Origin: an uncultured Gaiellales bacterium
GTDB lineage: Bacteria; Actinomycetota; Thermoleophilia; Gaiellales; Gaiellaceae
Assembly: GCA_964581085.1 (NCBI GenBank)
Contig: CAZOMP010000006.1
Coordinates: forward strand, 85,189-149,188
DNA: 64,000 bases
Direction: 5' to 3'
The number at the start of each line of letters is the position of its first letter. Position 1 is the first letter of the stretch. The translations under genes were made by a program, and so were the position numbers. Of the stretch, positions 52,369 through 62,480 are shown one piece after another. The notes under the pieces are model-generated. The model was not told where the DNA came from and made no database searches. It was given only the letters and a program-made list of their open reading frames with translations.

Positions 52369-52531
52369 CGTGCCGCTGGCCGGTTGGCGGCGGGACGAAC
52401 CCGCTCTCTCGACGCTCTGTGCCCCGGTAGTCGCGGGACCGTCGCGTTTCTCTTACGCAGCCTCCCGCTTCTTGCCGAACTTGCCGCCGAGGCTCGTCGC
52501 GAGGAACCGCTCCTCAGAGATCAGTCCGCGC

Positions 52532-53167
52532 TCAGGCGACGATGCGGTAGACCTGGAACACCTCGGCGAGGTCGCGGTTCACGTTCGTGCCGTGCACCCT
52601 CGCGAGATTCCAGATGTACTCGGAGTTCGCGTAGCGGCGGTGCTGCTGCGAGGCGTAGCGCTCCACGGCGGCGACCTTGCGCTCGATGTGCCGCTCTTCG
52701 AGCGCGATGTAGGCCCCGTAGGAGAAGTCGAAGTTGTTCCACGGTATCTCGTAGCCGAGGATCGTCGTCCGCTTGAACGCCCGTAGACCCTCCTGCGCCA
52801 CCGTCTGGTGGTCCTGGTGGACGTCGTGGTGGGACGGCTGGAAGACGACGTCCGGCCGCCACTCCTCCCAGAGCGCGACGAGAAGCTCGAGGATCTCCTG
52901 GCGGCGCTGCGGGAACTCACGCACCTCGAGGTCGTGCACCGTCAGCCGGTCCTCCGGGATCCCGAGCTCGGCGGTCGCCGCCCGAACCTCGCGCGCCAGC
53001 GTGTCCGGCGGGAAACCGGGCGGCAGCGAACGGGTCGCGATCGAGAACGCGACATAGCGGACCTCGCAGCCCGCCTCGACGAGGCGCGCCATGGTGCCGC
53101 CACAGCCGAACTCGCCGTCGTCGGTGTGCGGCGCGAGCACGAGCGCGCGCTTCCAGGCCTCTACCAT
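52532..53167 (-). CDS. PIG-L/LmbE family deacetylase
   Basis: LAPHTDDGEFGCGG, HQDH, YASQ. Confidence 0.92.
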   Translation of the reverse strand: MVEAWKRALVLAPHTDDGEFGCGGTMARLVEAGCEVRYVAFSIATRSLPPGFPPDTLAREVRAATAELGIPEDRLTVHDLEVREFPQRRQEILELLVALWEEWRPDVVFQPSHHDVHQDHQTVAQEGLRAFKRTTILGYEIPWNNFDFSYGAYIALEERHIERKVAAVERYASQQHRRYANSEYIWNLARVHGTNVNRDLAEVFQVYRIVA

Positions 53168-53231
53168 CCGGGGATTCGTATCACGGCCCGCGCGACTGCG
53201 CCTCACGCGAGCGCATAGTGTTGGCCGACCG

Positions 53232-54602
53232 ATGGCGGCTCCACTCCGGACGTTCCAGAAGCTCGGGGGAAGCGCCGCGCTCGCCCGCGGCCTCGCCGGC
53301 CAACGGCGCTTTGCCTACCTGCCGCCGGAACAGCTCGTGGAGCGCCGCGACCGCAACGTACGCCGGCTCGTGCGCTTCGCCGCGGCCACGGTGCCCTTCT
53401 ACCGCGACTGGTTCCACCAGCAGGGGCTCGACCCGGGTGCGGTGGAAGGCGCCGACGACCTTCACCTGCTGCCGGTCGTCGACAAGCAGACGCTCCGGCG
53501 GGAGGGCAGCCGGCTCGTCTCGGAGTCCCGCGAGGGGCGAGCCACATTCCCGATGCAGACGAGCGGCTCTTCGGGTCTGCCCCTGACCGTCCGGCAGAGT
53601 CGCGGGCTCTTCGTCGCGAACGCGACCGCCGGCGTCCGGGAACAGCAGGCGCTCCAGGAGGCACTCCCACCGGGCGTCCCGCTGCGGATCGGATTCGTCG
53701 GCTACCCGGGCAACGCGAGCGACCAGGTACGCGGCCGACTGCGCGAGCTGGCTTTCGTGCCACGCGGGACGAGCCACGAACGGATCCACCTCTTCGAGCC
53801 GCTCGAGACGATCATCGCCGAGCTCGACCGGCTCCGCCCCACGGTGCTGATGGCGTACGGCTCGTTCATCGAGCTCCTCTTCCGCACCGCAAAGACGCGC
53901 GGCCTCGACCTCTACCGACCCGCCGTCGCGCTCACCGTCGCCGACCAGATCAGCCCCGAGGGACGCCGGGTCGCAGAGGAGGACTTCGGCGTCAGGGTGC
54001 TCTCGAAATACTCGGCCGTCGAGGCGCTACGGATCGGCTTCACCTGCCGGGAGGCGACCGGCTTCCACCTGCACGAGGACCTCGTGCACGTGCGGGTCGT
54101 CGACGACTTGGGGAACGACCTCCCCGTGGGTGAGACCGGCGAGGTACTCGTCTCGAACCTCGTCAACCACGGCACCGTGATCCTCAACTACCGGCTCGGC
54201 GACATCGGCAGCCTCGCGGGCCGACGGAGCTGCGACTGCGGCCGGACGCTGGCGCGACTCGCCACGCTCGAGGGGAGGAGCGACGACGTGATCGAGCTCG
54301 CGAACGGGCACCACATCCACTCGGCCGAGATCTGGTCGCGCCTCAAGAGCAACCCGGAGCTGATCCAGTACCAGCTCGTGCAACGCACGCACGACCGCTT
54401 CGAGCTCGAGATCGCAGCCACCGACGAGGCAACGTACGGACGGCTCGCCGCCGACCTCGTGGAGCGGCTGCGGCCCGTGCTCGGGCCGGACGCCGACGTG
54501 CAGCCGAAGTACGTCGACGCGCTCGGGCCGTTCGGCACCGGCAAGCGCCGCCAGGTCGTCTCGCACGTGACACGACCCGAGCTCGCCGTCCGCCCCACAT
54601 AG
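53232..54602 (+). CDS. phenylacetate-CoA ligase family (CapK-like) adenylate-forming protein
   Basis: VPFYR, TSGSSGLP, YSAVE, NYRLGD, CDCGR, GRSDD. Confidence 0.85.
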   Translation: MAAPLRTFQKLGGSAALARGLAGQRRFAYLPPEQLVERRDRNVRRLVRFAAATVPFYRDWFHQQGLDPGAVEGADDLHLLPVVDKQTLRREGSRLVSESREGRATFPMQTSGSSGLPLTVRQSRGLFVANATAGVREQQALQEALPPGVPLRIGFVGYPGNASDQVRGRLRELAFVPRGTSHERIHLFEPLETIIAELDRLRPTVLMAYGSFIELLFRTAKTRGLDLYRPAVALTVADQISPEGRRVAEEDFGVRVLSKYSAVEALRIGFTCREATGFHLHEDLVHVRVVDDLGNDLPVGETGEVLVSNLVNHGTVILNYRLGDIGSLAGRRSCDCGRTLARLATLEGRSDDVIELANGHHIHSAEIWSRLKSNPELIQYQLVQRTHDRFELEIAATDEATYGRLAADLVERLRPVLGPDADVQPKYVDALGPFGTGKRRQVVSHVTRPELAVRPT

Positions 54603-54654
54603 ACCCCGCGCGGCGCACCGCCCCGAAGGGCTGGGCGTTAGGCTTGCGCCACCA

Positions 54655-56112
54655 ATGGCTCACCTCGCGGCTGTCCTCGGTGCGATCGGAGCGCCACTCA
54701 TCCTCGTCAGCGGCCGCCGCGTCGTGATCCTCGCCGGGATCGGCGTGATTGCGATCGCGGAGGCCGTGCTCGCGGTGCAGGGGCCGACCGGCATCTCGCT
54801 CTCACACGGCGCCCTCGGACTGGCCGGGCTGTGTGTGGCCGCCGTCGTCGCCGTCGTCTTCGTGCGCCGTCCCGAGCTCGTCCCACTCGTGCTCGCGGTG
54901 GCGGCGCCCTTCAGGATGCCGCTCGATCTCGGCGCCGGGCACCGGTTCTTCGTCGGCCTGCCTCAGAACGGCGAGATCGGTCGCCTGCTCCCCCTCTACG
55001 GCTTCGTCGCGGCCGCGACACTCGCCCTCGCCTGGCGGCTCCTGCGCGACCGGGACGCGACCGTGCTGCCGCTTCCTCCCGAGATCGCGATCCCGCTCGC
55101 TGCGCTCGTCTCCTTCGCGGCGCTCTCGGTGCTCTGGTCGACCGCCGACGCAGCCGCGCAGAACCTGCTCCAGTACTTTCTCCTCCCCTTCGCGCTCATC
55201 GTCGCCGTGATCGCGCGCTCGCCGTTTCCGGCCTGGATGCCGCGCGCGCTCGCCTATACGGTCGTGGCAGTCGGCGTCCTCCTCGCCGGCATCGGCCTCG
55301 TCGAAGTGGCGACCCACCGGCTCCTCTTCTACTCGCCCGCCGTCCAGGTCGGCAACGCCTACTCGAACTTCTTCCGCGTCACCTCGCTCTTCCGCGACCC
55401 GAGCCTGTACGGCCGCCACCTCGTGATCGCGATCGCGGTCGTCCTCGTCGCGCTCTGGTACCGGCGGGTCGCGTTCCTGCTCGCCGCGGCGGCCGTCCTC
55501 TTTCTCTTCGCCGGCCTCTTCTTCTCGTACTCGCAGTCGAGCTTCGTCGCCCTCTTCGCGGTCGCGGTGTTCGTGTCGGTGATCGCGGGCGACCGCGCGG
55601 TGCGGATCGCGGCCGCGATGATCGCGGTCGTCGTGCTCGCGGGCGGCGGCGCATTCGTGGCCGACAAGGTGGCGGGCGCCTCGACGCAACGGGTGACGAG
55701 CGACCGCTCGCGGCGGGTCGAGCTGACGACGAAGGTGTTCGTCCAGCACCCGCTCGTCGGCGTCGGGCTCGGCTCCCAGCCGACGGCCAGCCAGGCCGTG
55801 TCGAAGAACGGCGGCCCGCCGACGCTCTTCGTCTCGCACACGACGCCGCTCACCGTCGCCGCGGAGCTCGGCCTCGTCGGCCTCCTTCTCTACACCGCCG
55901 TCCTCGCGGGCGCCGCCAGGGCGCTCCTGCGCGTCTACCGGCTCGAGGCGCCGTTCGGGCTGGCGCTCGCCGCGATCTTCACGACCCTCTTCGTCCACTC
56001 GCTCTTCTACGCGGGTTTCTTCGAGGACCCGGTCACCTGGCTCGTGCTCGGGATCGCTGCCAGCTTTCTGGCCGCCCGCAGCCCGGTCGGCCGCGGCGGG
56101 ACGGCGGCGTGA
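54655..56112 (+). CDS. O-antigen ligase/polymerase (Wzy_C) family membrane protein
   Basis: RVTSLFRDPS, HPLVGVGLG, SHTTPLTVAAELGLVG. Confidence 0.85.
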   Translation: MAHLAAVLGAIGAPLILVSGRRVVILAGIGVIAIAEAVLAVQGPTGISLSHGALGLAGLCVAAVVAVVFVRRPELVPLVLAVAAPFRMPLDLGAGHRFFVGLPQNGEIGRLLPLYGFVAAATLALAWRLLRDRDATVLPLPPEIAIPLAALVSFAALSVLWSTADAAAQNLLQYFLLPFALIVAVIARSPFPAWMPRALAYTVVAVGVLLAGIGLVEVATHRLLFYSPAVQVGNAYSNFFRVTSLFRDPSLYGRHLVIAIAVVLVALWYRRVAFLLAAAAVLFLFAGLFFSYSQSSFVALFAVAVFVSVIAGDRAVRIAAAMIAVVVLAGGGAFVADKVAGASTQRVTSDRSRRVELTTKVFVQHPLVGVGLGSQPTASQAVSKNGGPPTLFVSHTTPLTVAAELGLVGLLLYTAVLAGAARALLRVYRLEAPFGLALAAIFTTLFVHSLFYAGFFEDPVTWLVLGIAASFLAARSPVGRGGTAA

Positions 56113-57449
56113 GCCGGCGGGTCGACCGGCGGGCGGCGTTCGCCGTGCTCGGCGTGCTCGGGCTTCTCGTCGCGATCAACATCCCCTCACTCGGCTCCGA
56201 TCCGTGGCCCTTCCGCACCGGTGCGGCGAAGGGCCATGGCCTGCTCGGGCCACTCGTCCGCGCCGCCGACGGCCGCTTCGATCTCGGCGTGATCCGAGCG
56301 CCGGCGCTACTCGCGGGCGTGCTCGTCGTCGTCGCCGTGCTTGTCGGCTGGCGGGCACAGACATGGCGGGCGAGCGTCCTCGCTGCCGTCTGCGTGGCAG
56401 CGATCGTGCTCGTCGTCGTACCCGCGACGCTGCTCCAGGTCGGCCTCCGCAACGGCACGGCGCCGTGGTTCCACGTCAACGACTCCACCTACCAGATCGA
56501 GCTCGCGGGCGTCCTCGTCCGTCACGGCCACACGCCCTACGGTCACGACTACCGGGGCTCGGGGCTGGAGCGCTTCTACAGCTTCGACGGCACCGTCACA
56601 CCCGACGGCGCCCATCCACAGGTGGCGCTCTCCCACTTCGCCTACTTCCCCGGTACGGCTCTCACCGCCGCCGTCTGGACGCTCCTGCCGGCGCCGTTCA
56701 GCGACTACCGCATCCTCGTCCTGCTCGCGACGGTCGGCTGCTTCTTCGCCGTGCTCCTCTTCGACGCGCCTTGGCCGTGGCGGCTCGCTGTCGGCTCGGC
56801 GATCGCCGCGAGTCCGCTGCTCGTCCGCGGGGCGTGGTTCGGCACCGCCGATGCGCTCTCGATCCTGGCGCTCCTGCTTGCGTTCGCGCTCGTGACCAGG
56901 GAACGCTTCGTCTGGGCCGCGGTCGCGATCGCGGCGGCGGTGCTGCTGAAGCAGTTCGCGCTCGTCGCGCTCCCCTTCCTCCTCCTGATGCTGCTCGCAC
57001 GCGGGGTCGGGCGCCGCACGCTCCTCCACGCGGCCGCCGCCTTCGCGGGCATCCTCCTCGCGGGATTGCTGCCCTTCCTGGTCGCCGATCCGGGCGCGCT
57101 CTGGAGCGACACGATCGGCTACGGCGCGGGCACCTACCGGATCGTCGGCTACGGGCTCTCGGCACTGCTCCTCGACGCGGGTATCGTCGGCGACCGCTGG
57201 GGCTCGTACCCGTTCGCACCGCTCGTGCTCGTCGTCTGGCTGCCGTTGACGGCGTGGATACTGGTGCTCGTCCGCCGCTCACGGAGCGACTGGGAGGCGG
57301 CGGCGGGCTTCGCGGTCTCGATCTTCACGCTGCTCTTCATCGCCCGCGTCTTCCAGACCTCGTACCTGATCTGGCCGCTGACCGGTATCGCGGTCGCTTT
57401 CCTGCTCGCCCAGGGCGCTCAGCGCGAGGAGCGCTCGGCGAGCGCGTAG
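56109..57449 (+). CDS. GT87-like (GT-C) membrane glycosyltransferase
   Basis: GHTPY, FAYFPG, AVLLKQF; many TM helices; GTGA overlap. Confidence 0.75.
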   Translation: MSRRVDRRAAFAVLGVLGLLVAINIPSLGSDPWPFRTGAAKGHGLLGPLVRAADGRFDLGVIRAPALLAGVLVVVAVLVGWRAQTWRASVLAAVCVAAIVLVVVPATLLQVGLRNGTAPWFHVNDSTYQIELAGVLVRHGHTPYGHDYRGSGLERFYSFDGTVTPDGAHPQVALSHFAYFPGTALTAAVWTLLPAPFSDYRILVLLATVGCFFAVLLFDAPWPWRLAVGSAIAASPLLVRGAWFGTADALSILALLLAFALVTRERFVWAAVAIAAAVLLKQFALVALPFLLLMLLARGVGRRTLLHAAAAFAGILLAGLLPFLVADPGALWSDTIGYGAGTYRIVGYGLSALLLDAGIVGDRWGSYPFAPLVLVVWLPLTAWILVLVRRSRSDWEAAAGFAVSIFTLLFIARVFQTSYLIWPLTGIAVAFLLAQGAQREERSASA

Positions 57450-58726
57450 ACGCGGGCCTTCCCCGTCAGGTAGACGCGGTCGCGGTCGGCCACGATCGGG
57501 GAGTAGGTGCCGTCGGGGAACGTCCACACGAGCCGGCCGGTGCGCGCATCGAGAGCGTAGGTCGCGGCCGGCCCTCGCTTCGAGTAGCGGGCACCGTGCT
57601 GTCCGCAGTAGCTGCAGGTCGAGAGGTAGACGAGCCCGTCCATCACGGTCGGTGCCCCGTGGACGGCGGCCGGCATGGAGCGGGACCACACCTGCTTCCC
57701 CGTCGCGGCGTCGAGGGCGGCGAACGTGCCGTCGTAGGTACCGACGAAGATCTTCCGGTCCCAGACGGCCGGCGCCGTGTAGACGTAGGTGCCCACGTGC
57801 TGGGCCCAGAGCAGGTGGCCGGTGGTGGCGCCGAACGCGTAGACCGTGCCGTCCGTGTTGGACGCGAAGACGCGGCCGTAGGCGACGGCCGGGGTCGCGT
57901 AGAAGTACTCGCGGCCGAAGCGCAGCCGGGAGAACGAACGGGCCTTCCAGCGGACGGCGCCGGTGCGGGCGCTCAGGGCCGTCATCGTGCCGCTGTTGTC
58001 GCCGACGTAGAGCATCCCGGCCGCGTAGGCGACGGACGCGTTGATCTCGCCGTCGAGCCGGGTCGACCAGAGGATCTTGCCGCTGCCGAGCCCAAGTGCG
58101 TACACCCGGTGGTTCCAGGAGCCGACGTAGACCCTGCCCCCGACGACGAGCGGCGACGACTCGGACGGAATCGGCTGCGTCCAGACCGTCTTCCCGTCTC
58201 CGGCGCGCATCGCGATCACGAGGCCGGGGACCCCGCGTGGGCCGTGCGAGCACGGCCGTGGAATGAACGACTCGATCACGAGCCCGCGCGCGAGCGCGGC
58301 CGAGGCGGCCGAGCAGTAGGGAAACCGTCGCGTCCAGCGCTTCTTCCCGGTGGCGGCGTCGACGGCGTAGAAGACGCCCCTCAGCTGGCTCACGTAGACG
58401 GTGCCGTAGCCGACGACCGGCGGGTACTCGACGAGCCAGCGCGCCCGCAGCAGCCAGAGCCGCCTGTAGGGCGGGCGGTGAGCGAACGGGGAGAGGTGCG
58501 TGCGCTGTGGGTCGTACCCGAACGTGGGCCAGGGAAGCTCGTCCACGAGCCCGGGCGGTCGCGGCTTCGCCTCGGGCTTCTCCTTCGGCACGAACTCGAC
58601 CGTGGAGGAGCCGACGACCTCCTTCGAGATCGTCTGCTCGTGGTACCACCAGCCGGCCGCGACCGCGAGCAGCGCCAGGACGGCCGCGACCGACACGGCG
58701 ACCGCGATCCACCTGCGTCTCGTCAC
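57419..58726 (-). CDS. PQQ-binding-like beta-propeller protein
   Basis: WPTFGYD plus repeated YALDA.TG..W blades; N-terminal TM anchor. Confidence 0.9.
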   Translation of the reverse strand: MTRRRWIAVAVSVAAVLALLAVAAGWWYHEQTISKEVVGSSTVEFVPKEKPEAKPRPPGLVDELPWPTFGYDPQRTHLSPFAHRPPYRRLWLLRARWLVEYPPVVGYGTVYVSQLRGVFYAVDAATGKKRWTRRFPYCSAASAALARGLVIESFIPRPCSHGPRGVPGLVIAMRAGDGKTVWTQPIPSESSPLVVGGRVYVGSWNHRVYALGLGSGKILWSTRLDGEINASVAYAAGMLYVGDNSGTMTALSARTGAVRWKARSFSRLRFGREYFYATPAVAYGRVFASNTDGTVYAFGATTGHLLWAQHVGTYVYTAPAVWDRKIFVGTYDGTFAALDAATGKQVWSRSMPAAVHGAPTVMDGLVYLSTCSYCGQHGARYSKRGPAATYALDARTGRLVWTFPDGTYSPIVADRDRVYLTGKARVYALAERSSR

Positions 58727-59649
58727 GGCGCGACGACCACCACCCGGGCTCCCGCTCGGTGCCCGCGGGCGGCGACGACGAGGACGTGCCCCCCGACAGC
58801 GGTCGGAGCGCGGACGCGGAACGCCGGCGGCGTCGCGAGGCCGGTGCGCTTGCCGAGCCGCCAGGTGACCCGCCGCGCGTCGGTCGAGACACGAACTTGG
58901 ATCGCGCCGCCCGGCTGCACGCGAGGCGTCACGGAGACGATCTCGACGTAGCGGATGCGCACCCGTCCCGCCGGCACGACACGGGAGCGATTGCCGGCAC
59001 CGTCGACGGCGGCGACCGTGAGCCCGTAACGGCCGGCCGGCAACGGGCTGCCGTCGACGCGGCCGAACCAGCGCAGCGCGCCGACGGGTTTCGTCGTGCC
59101 GCCGACGACCCGCCGCACCCCGTCGACGTACAGCATCGCCCTCGCCCGCGAGTCGATCCGGTAGCCCACCTCGACACGGTCGGCACGCCGGTCGCCGTCG
59201 GGAGAGAACACCCGCGGCTGCACGGATGTGACCCGGATCACCGGACGGGTCGTGTCGACCTGGATCGGGTTCGGCAGGACGTAGGTCTTCTCGATCAGGT
59301 CGAGCCGGACGCGGGCCCGGTAGATGCCGTCGGGTACCACCCGGCCGGCGTCGTCCTTGCCGTTCCAGTAGTAGGCCACGCGTGCGCGCTCGGGCCGTTG
59401 GCGGACGAGCTGGCGCACGTCGGTGCCCGAGCTGTCCTCGATCGCGACGCTGACGAGGTCCGGCTTGCCGACGCGGAAGGCGATCCGCGCCTTGCTCGTG
59501 GCGCAGTGGCAGACGGGCGAGAAGAGACTCGTGACGCGGGTCTGGCGAATCGGGCTCGTCTCCAGCTTGAGGGACTCCGCATAGAGGAAGGCGAGGCCGG
59601 TGGCCACGAGGAGCACCGCGACGAGGGCGGCTGGCGCGTATCTGGCCAC
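58723..59649 (-). CDS. secreted FlgD Ig-like domain protein
   Basis: WNGKDDAGRVVPDGIY, FSPDGD, AVDGAGN. Confidence 0.8.
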   Translation of the reverse strand: MARYAPAALVAVLLVATGLAFLYAESLKLETSPIRQTRVTSLFSPVCHCATSKARIAFRVGKPDLVSVAIEDSSGTDVRQLVRQRPERARVAYYWNGKDDAGRVVPDGIYRARVRLDLIEKTYVLPNPIQVDTTRPVIRVTSVQPRVFSPDGDRRADRVEVGYRIDSRARAMLYVDGVRRVVGGTTKPVGALRWFGRVDGSPLPAGRYGLTVAAVDGAGNRSRVVPAGRVRIRYVEIVSVTPRVQPGGAIQVRVSTDARRVTWRLGKRTGLATPPAFRVRAPTAVGGHVLVVAARGHRAGARVVVVAP

Positions 59650-59705
59650 GGCTTTCGGGATTGTAGGGTGCCTCGCGCGCCCGCCACCTGCTAATACTTC
59701 ATGAA

Positions 59706-60188
59706 GTGAAGCGACGCGCCGATCCGTACTCCGACACGGAGATCATCGATTCCCGCGCGCCGCGGGTGAACCAGACCGTCGTCGGCCTCGTGGCGCTCCC
59801 CGCGGTCGTCAGCGGCTGGTGGCCGCTGCTCGCGCTGCTGGCGCTCCAGCTCGCGCTCGGGCTCACGATGGGCAGGCGCTGGTGCCTCCCTTGCCGCTTC
59901 TACTTCGACGTGCTGCAACCGCGCTTCGGCGAGGGTGTCCTCGAGGACAGCCGCCCGCCCCGCTTCGCGAACATGGTCGGGCTCGGGTTCCTCACGGCAG
60001 CCTCGCTCGCCTACCTCGCCGGGTGGACGGCGCTCGGCACGGTTCTCGGCGGCCTCGTCGCAGCGCTCGCGCTGCTCGCAGCCGCGACCGGCTTCTGCGC
60101 CGGCTGCAGCGCCTACCGGATCGGCTATGCGCTCACCGGCCGCCGCTTCGTCTCGTGCCCGCTGCCGCCCGCGCTGCCGGGCGAGTAG
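59706..60188 (+). CDS. DUF4395 membrane protein
   Basis: IDSRAPRVNQ, EDSRPPRFAN, GFCAGC. Confidence 0.85.
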   Translation: MKRRADPYSDTEIIDSRAPRVNQTVVGLVALPAVVSGWWPLLALLALQLALGLTMGRRWCLPCRFYFDVLQPRFGEGVLEDSRPPRFANMVGLGFLTAASLAYLAGWTALGTVLGGLVAALALLAAATGFCAGCSAYRIGYALTGRRFVSCPLPPALPGE

Positions 60189-60200
60189 CTTCCGTTTCGC

Positions 60201-61100
60201 TCAGACGGCGAGCTTGTCGGCCGCCGCCGCAGCGGGCGTGAGACCACGGCGCAGGTAGCGCCGGGCCGCGAGCACGATCCCGACGAGGATCGCGGTGGCG
60301 CCGACGACCGCGACGATCGCATTCGCGTAGGGCAGGCCGAGGAGCTTCACCCCCGAGAGTGCGAACACGAGCGAGAGCGAGACGCGCAGCGCGCGGTCCG
60401 GCAGCTTCACCGTCAGCTGGCTACCGAGGAGAACACCGGGGATCGATCCGATCAGGAGCCAGCCGGTGGCGCCGAGGTCGACACTGCCCGTGACGAAGTG
60501 CCCCAGGCCCGCCACCCAGAGCAGGAGTGCCGCCTGGAAGAGATCCGTGCCGACGATCTTGGCCGCCGTGAGCGGGAAGGCGATCATCATCACGAGCCCG
60601 AAGAACGTGCCCGAGCCGACCGAGGTGAGCCCGACCACGAAGCCGCCGAAGATGCCGATCAGGACGGCGATCAGCTTGTCCCGCCGCTGCAGCAGGAACG
60701 GCGCATCGCTGCCGTGGGGGCGCAGGAACGCCTTCGTGAAGAAGCCGATCCCGCCCACCACGAGCGCGACCCCGAGCACGTCCTGGGCCGCCGACTCGTA
60801 GCCGCTGCCGTAGCGCTGCGAGAGCCAGAACGAGATGGTCACCCCGAGCAGCGAGAACGGCGCCGATCCGATCAACATCCACATCGCGAGCCGGGCGTGC
60901 ACGTGGCCGAGTTGACGATGCCGCACGGCGCCGAACGACTTGAAGATGGCCCCGTGCAGGATGTCCGTGCCGATCGCGACGGTCGGCTTGAAGCCGAAGA
61001 GGAGCACCAGCATCGGCGTCATCAGGGAGCCGCCGCCCATGCCGGTCATGCCGACGAGCAGTCCGATCAGCAGACCGGCGAGCGACAGCTTCCACTCCAC
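60201..61100 (-). CDS. TauE/SafE family sulfite/sulfonate exporter
   Basis: GMTGMGGGSLMTP, AIGTD, GLTSVGSG, IVGTD; start overlaps the comA stop. Confidence 0.92.
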   Translation of the reverse strand: MEWKLSLAGLLIGLLVGMTGMGGGSLMTPMLVLLFGFKPTVAIGTDILHGAIFKSFGAVRHRQLGHVHARLAMWMLIGSAPFSLLGVTISFWLSQRYGSGYESAAQDVLGVALVVGGIGFFTKAFLRPHGSDAPFLLQRRDKLIAVLIGIFGGFVVGLTSVGSGTFFGLVMMIAFPLTAAKIVGTDLFQAALLLWVAGLGHFVTGSVDLGATGWLLIGSIPGVLLGSQLTVKLPDRALRVSLSLVFALSGVKLLGLPYANAIVAVVGATAILVGIVLAARRYLRRGLTPAAAAADKLAV

Positions 61101-61891
61101 TACCTGACCGCCGGCTCCACCTCGGCCAGCAGCATCTCCCTGAGCGTGTCCCCGCGCAGGCCGAGACGGAGCGTCTCGAGCGGAATCACCTCGTCGGGCG
61201 GGATGTTGCCCAGATTGACGTTCGGCCCGAACTGCTTCACGAACCACGCCTGCGACGCCTTCGTGGGCGCCTCGAAGATGAGCGACTCGACCGGGACGCC
61301 GTGGGCGATCTCGTCGATCAGGCCCGTTCGCATGTCGCCGTCCTTGCGGAAGATCCCGGCCGTACCGCCCTCGCGGGCCTCGGTGATCACCCGCCACGAG
61401 CCTGCCTCGAGCTCCTCCCTGATCCAGTCGACCCACTGGTAGGGCGCGTAGACGACGTCGGAGTCCTTGGAGCCGACCTCCGAGAGGACGGTGAAGTCGC
61501 GGGCGAAGTCGCGGATCAGCTCGAGCTTCTCGTCACGCGGGATCTCGACCGTGCCGTCGGAGATCTCGACGTGCGCGAAGCGATGCTCGTTCAGCCAGAG
61601 CTTGAACTCGTCGAGCTTGTCCTTCGCGTAGACCGCCTCGAAGAGCGTGCCGCCGCAGACGACCGGCGTCTCGAAGCTCCGGTAGAGGGCGATCTTCTTC
61701 TCCAGGTTGTTCGTGACGTAGCTCGTGCCCCAGCCGAGCTTGACGATGTCGACGAAGTCCCCTGCGGTATCGAACATCCCCTCGATGTCACGCAGGTTGA
61801 GGCCCTTGTCGATGACGTGCGTGAGACCGGTCGTGCGGGGCTTGCCGGGGCGGGCCGGCACGCCGAGCCACCCGTCGCTAAAGCCGGGCAT
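61100..61891 (-). CDS. comA: (2R)-phospho-3-sulfolactate synthase
   Basis: KPRTTGLTHVIDKG, KLGWGT, GGTLFE, SEVGSK, EARE, NVNLGNI, LETLRLGLRGDT. Confidence 0.95.
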   Translation of the reverse strand: MPGFSDGWLGVPARPGKPRTTGLTHVIDKGLNLRDIEGMFDTAGDFVDIVKLGWGTSYVTNNLEKKIALYRSFETPVVCGGTLFEAVYAKDKLDEFKLWLNEHRFAHVEISDGTVEIPRDEKLELIRDFARDFTVLSEVGSKDSDVVYAPYQWVDWIREELEAGSWRVITEAREGGTAGIFRKDGDMRTGLIDEIAHGVPVESLIFEAPTKASQAWFVKQFGPNVNLGNIPPDEVIPLETLRLGLRGDTLREMLLAEVEPAVR

Positions 61892-62480
61892 AGAGCTCCT
61901 TCAGCTTGTCGTGGGCGCGGGACTGGACGTCGTGGTAGAGCGAGTTGCCATGCGCGTCGATGCCGACGATCAGGGGCCCGAAGTCCTTGACCCTGAACTT
62001 CCAGAGGCACTCGGGCATGAGCTCCTCCCAGAGCACCTCCTCGATCTCCTCGATCTGCGTCGTCTCGAGTGCAGCGGCGCCGCCGACGATCGCGAAGTAG
62101 ACCATGCCAAGGCGCTGCATCGGCTCGATCGCGACATCGGGGAAGCCGCCCTTGCCGCAGATCGCACGGACGCCGTAGCGCTCGCCGAGACCCTCGGTGA
62201 AGCGCACCATGCGGGCGCTCGTCGTCGTGCCGATGCAGATCTTCTCGTATTTGCCGTGCCCCTCGGCGTCCTCGCCCACCTTGCGCACGTTCGGCGCCGT
62301 GTGGAGGAGGAAGGCGCCGCCCAGGTCGAGCGGCGGCTCGACGCCGTGGTCGAAGATGCGGATCTGGGTGCGGTCGCGGATGCCGATGATGTGCCCCTGG
62401 ACGGTCACCTCGTCGCCCGCGCGGAGCTTCAGGATCTCCGCCGGGTCCGCGATCGGGAACGTGAGCTCGTGTTTCGCCAT
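61878..62480 (-). CDS. class I fumarate hydratase / tartrate dehydratase beta subunit-like
   Basis: LRAGDEV, GIRDRT, GTTTSARM, GKGG, MPECLW, DAHGNSL. Confidence 0.88.
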   Translation of the reverse strand: MAKHELTFPIADPAEILKLRAGDEVTVQGHIIGIRDRTQIRIFDHGVEPPLDLGGAFLLHTAPNVRKVGEDAEGHGKYEKICIGTTTSARMVRFTEGLGERYGVRAICGKGGFPDVAIEPMQRLGMVYFAIVGGAAALETTQIEEIEEVLWEELMPECLWKFRVKDFGPLIVGIDAHGNSLYHDVQSRAHDKLKELYARL

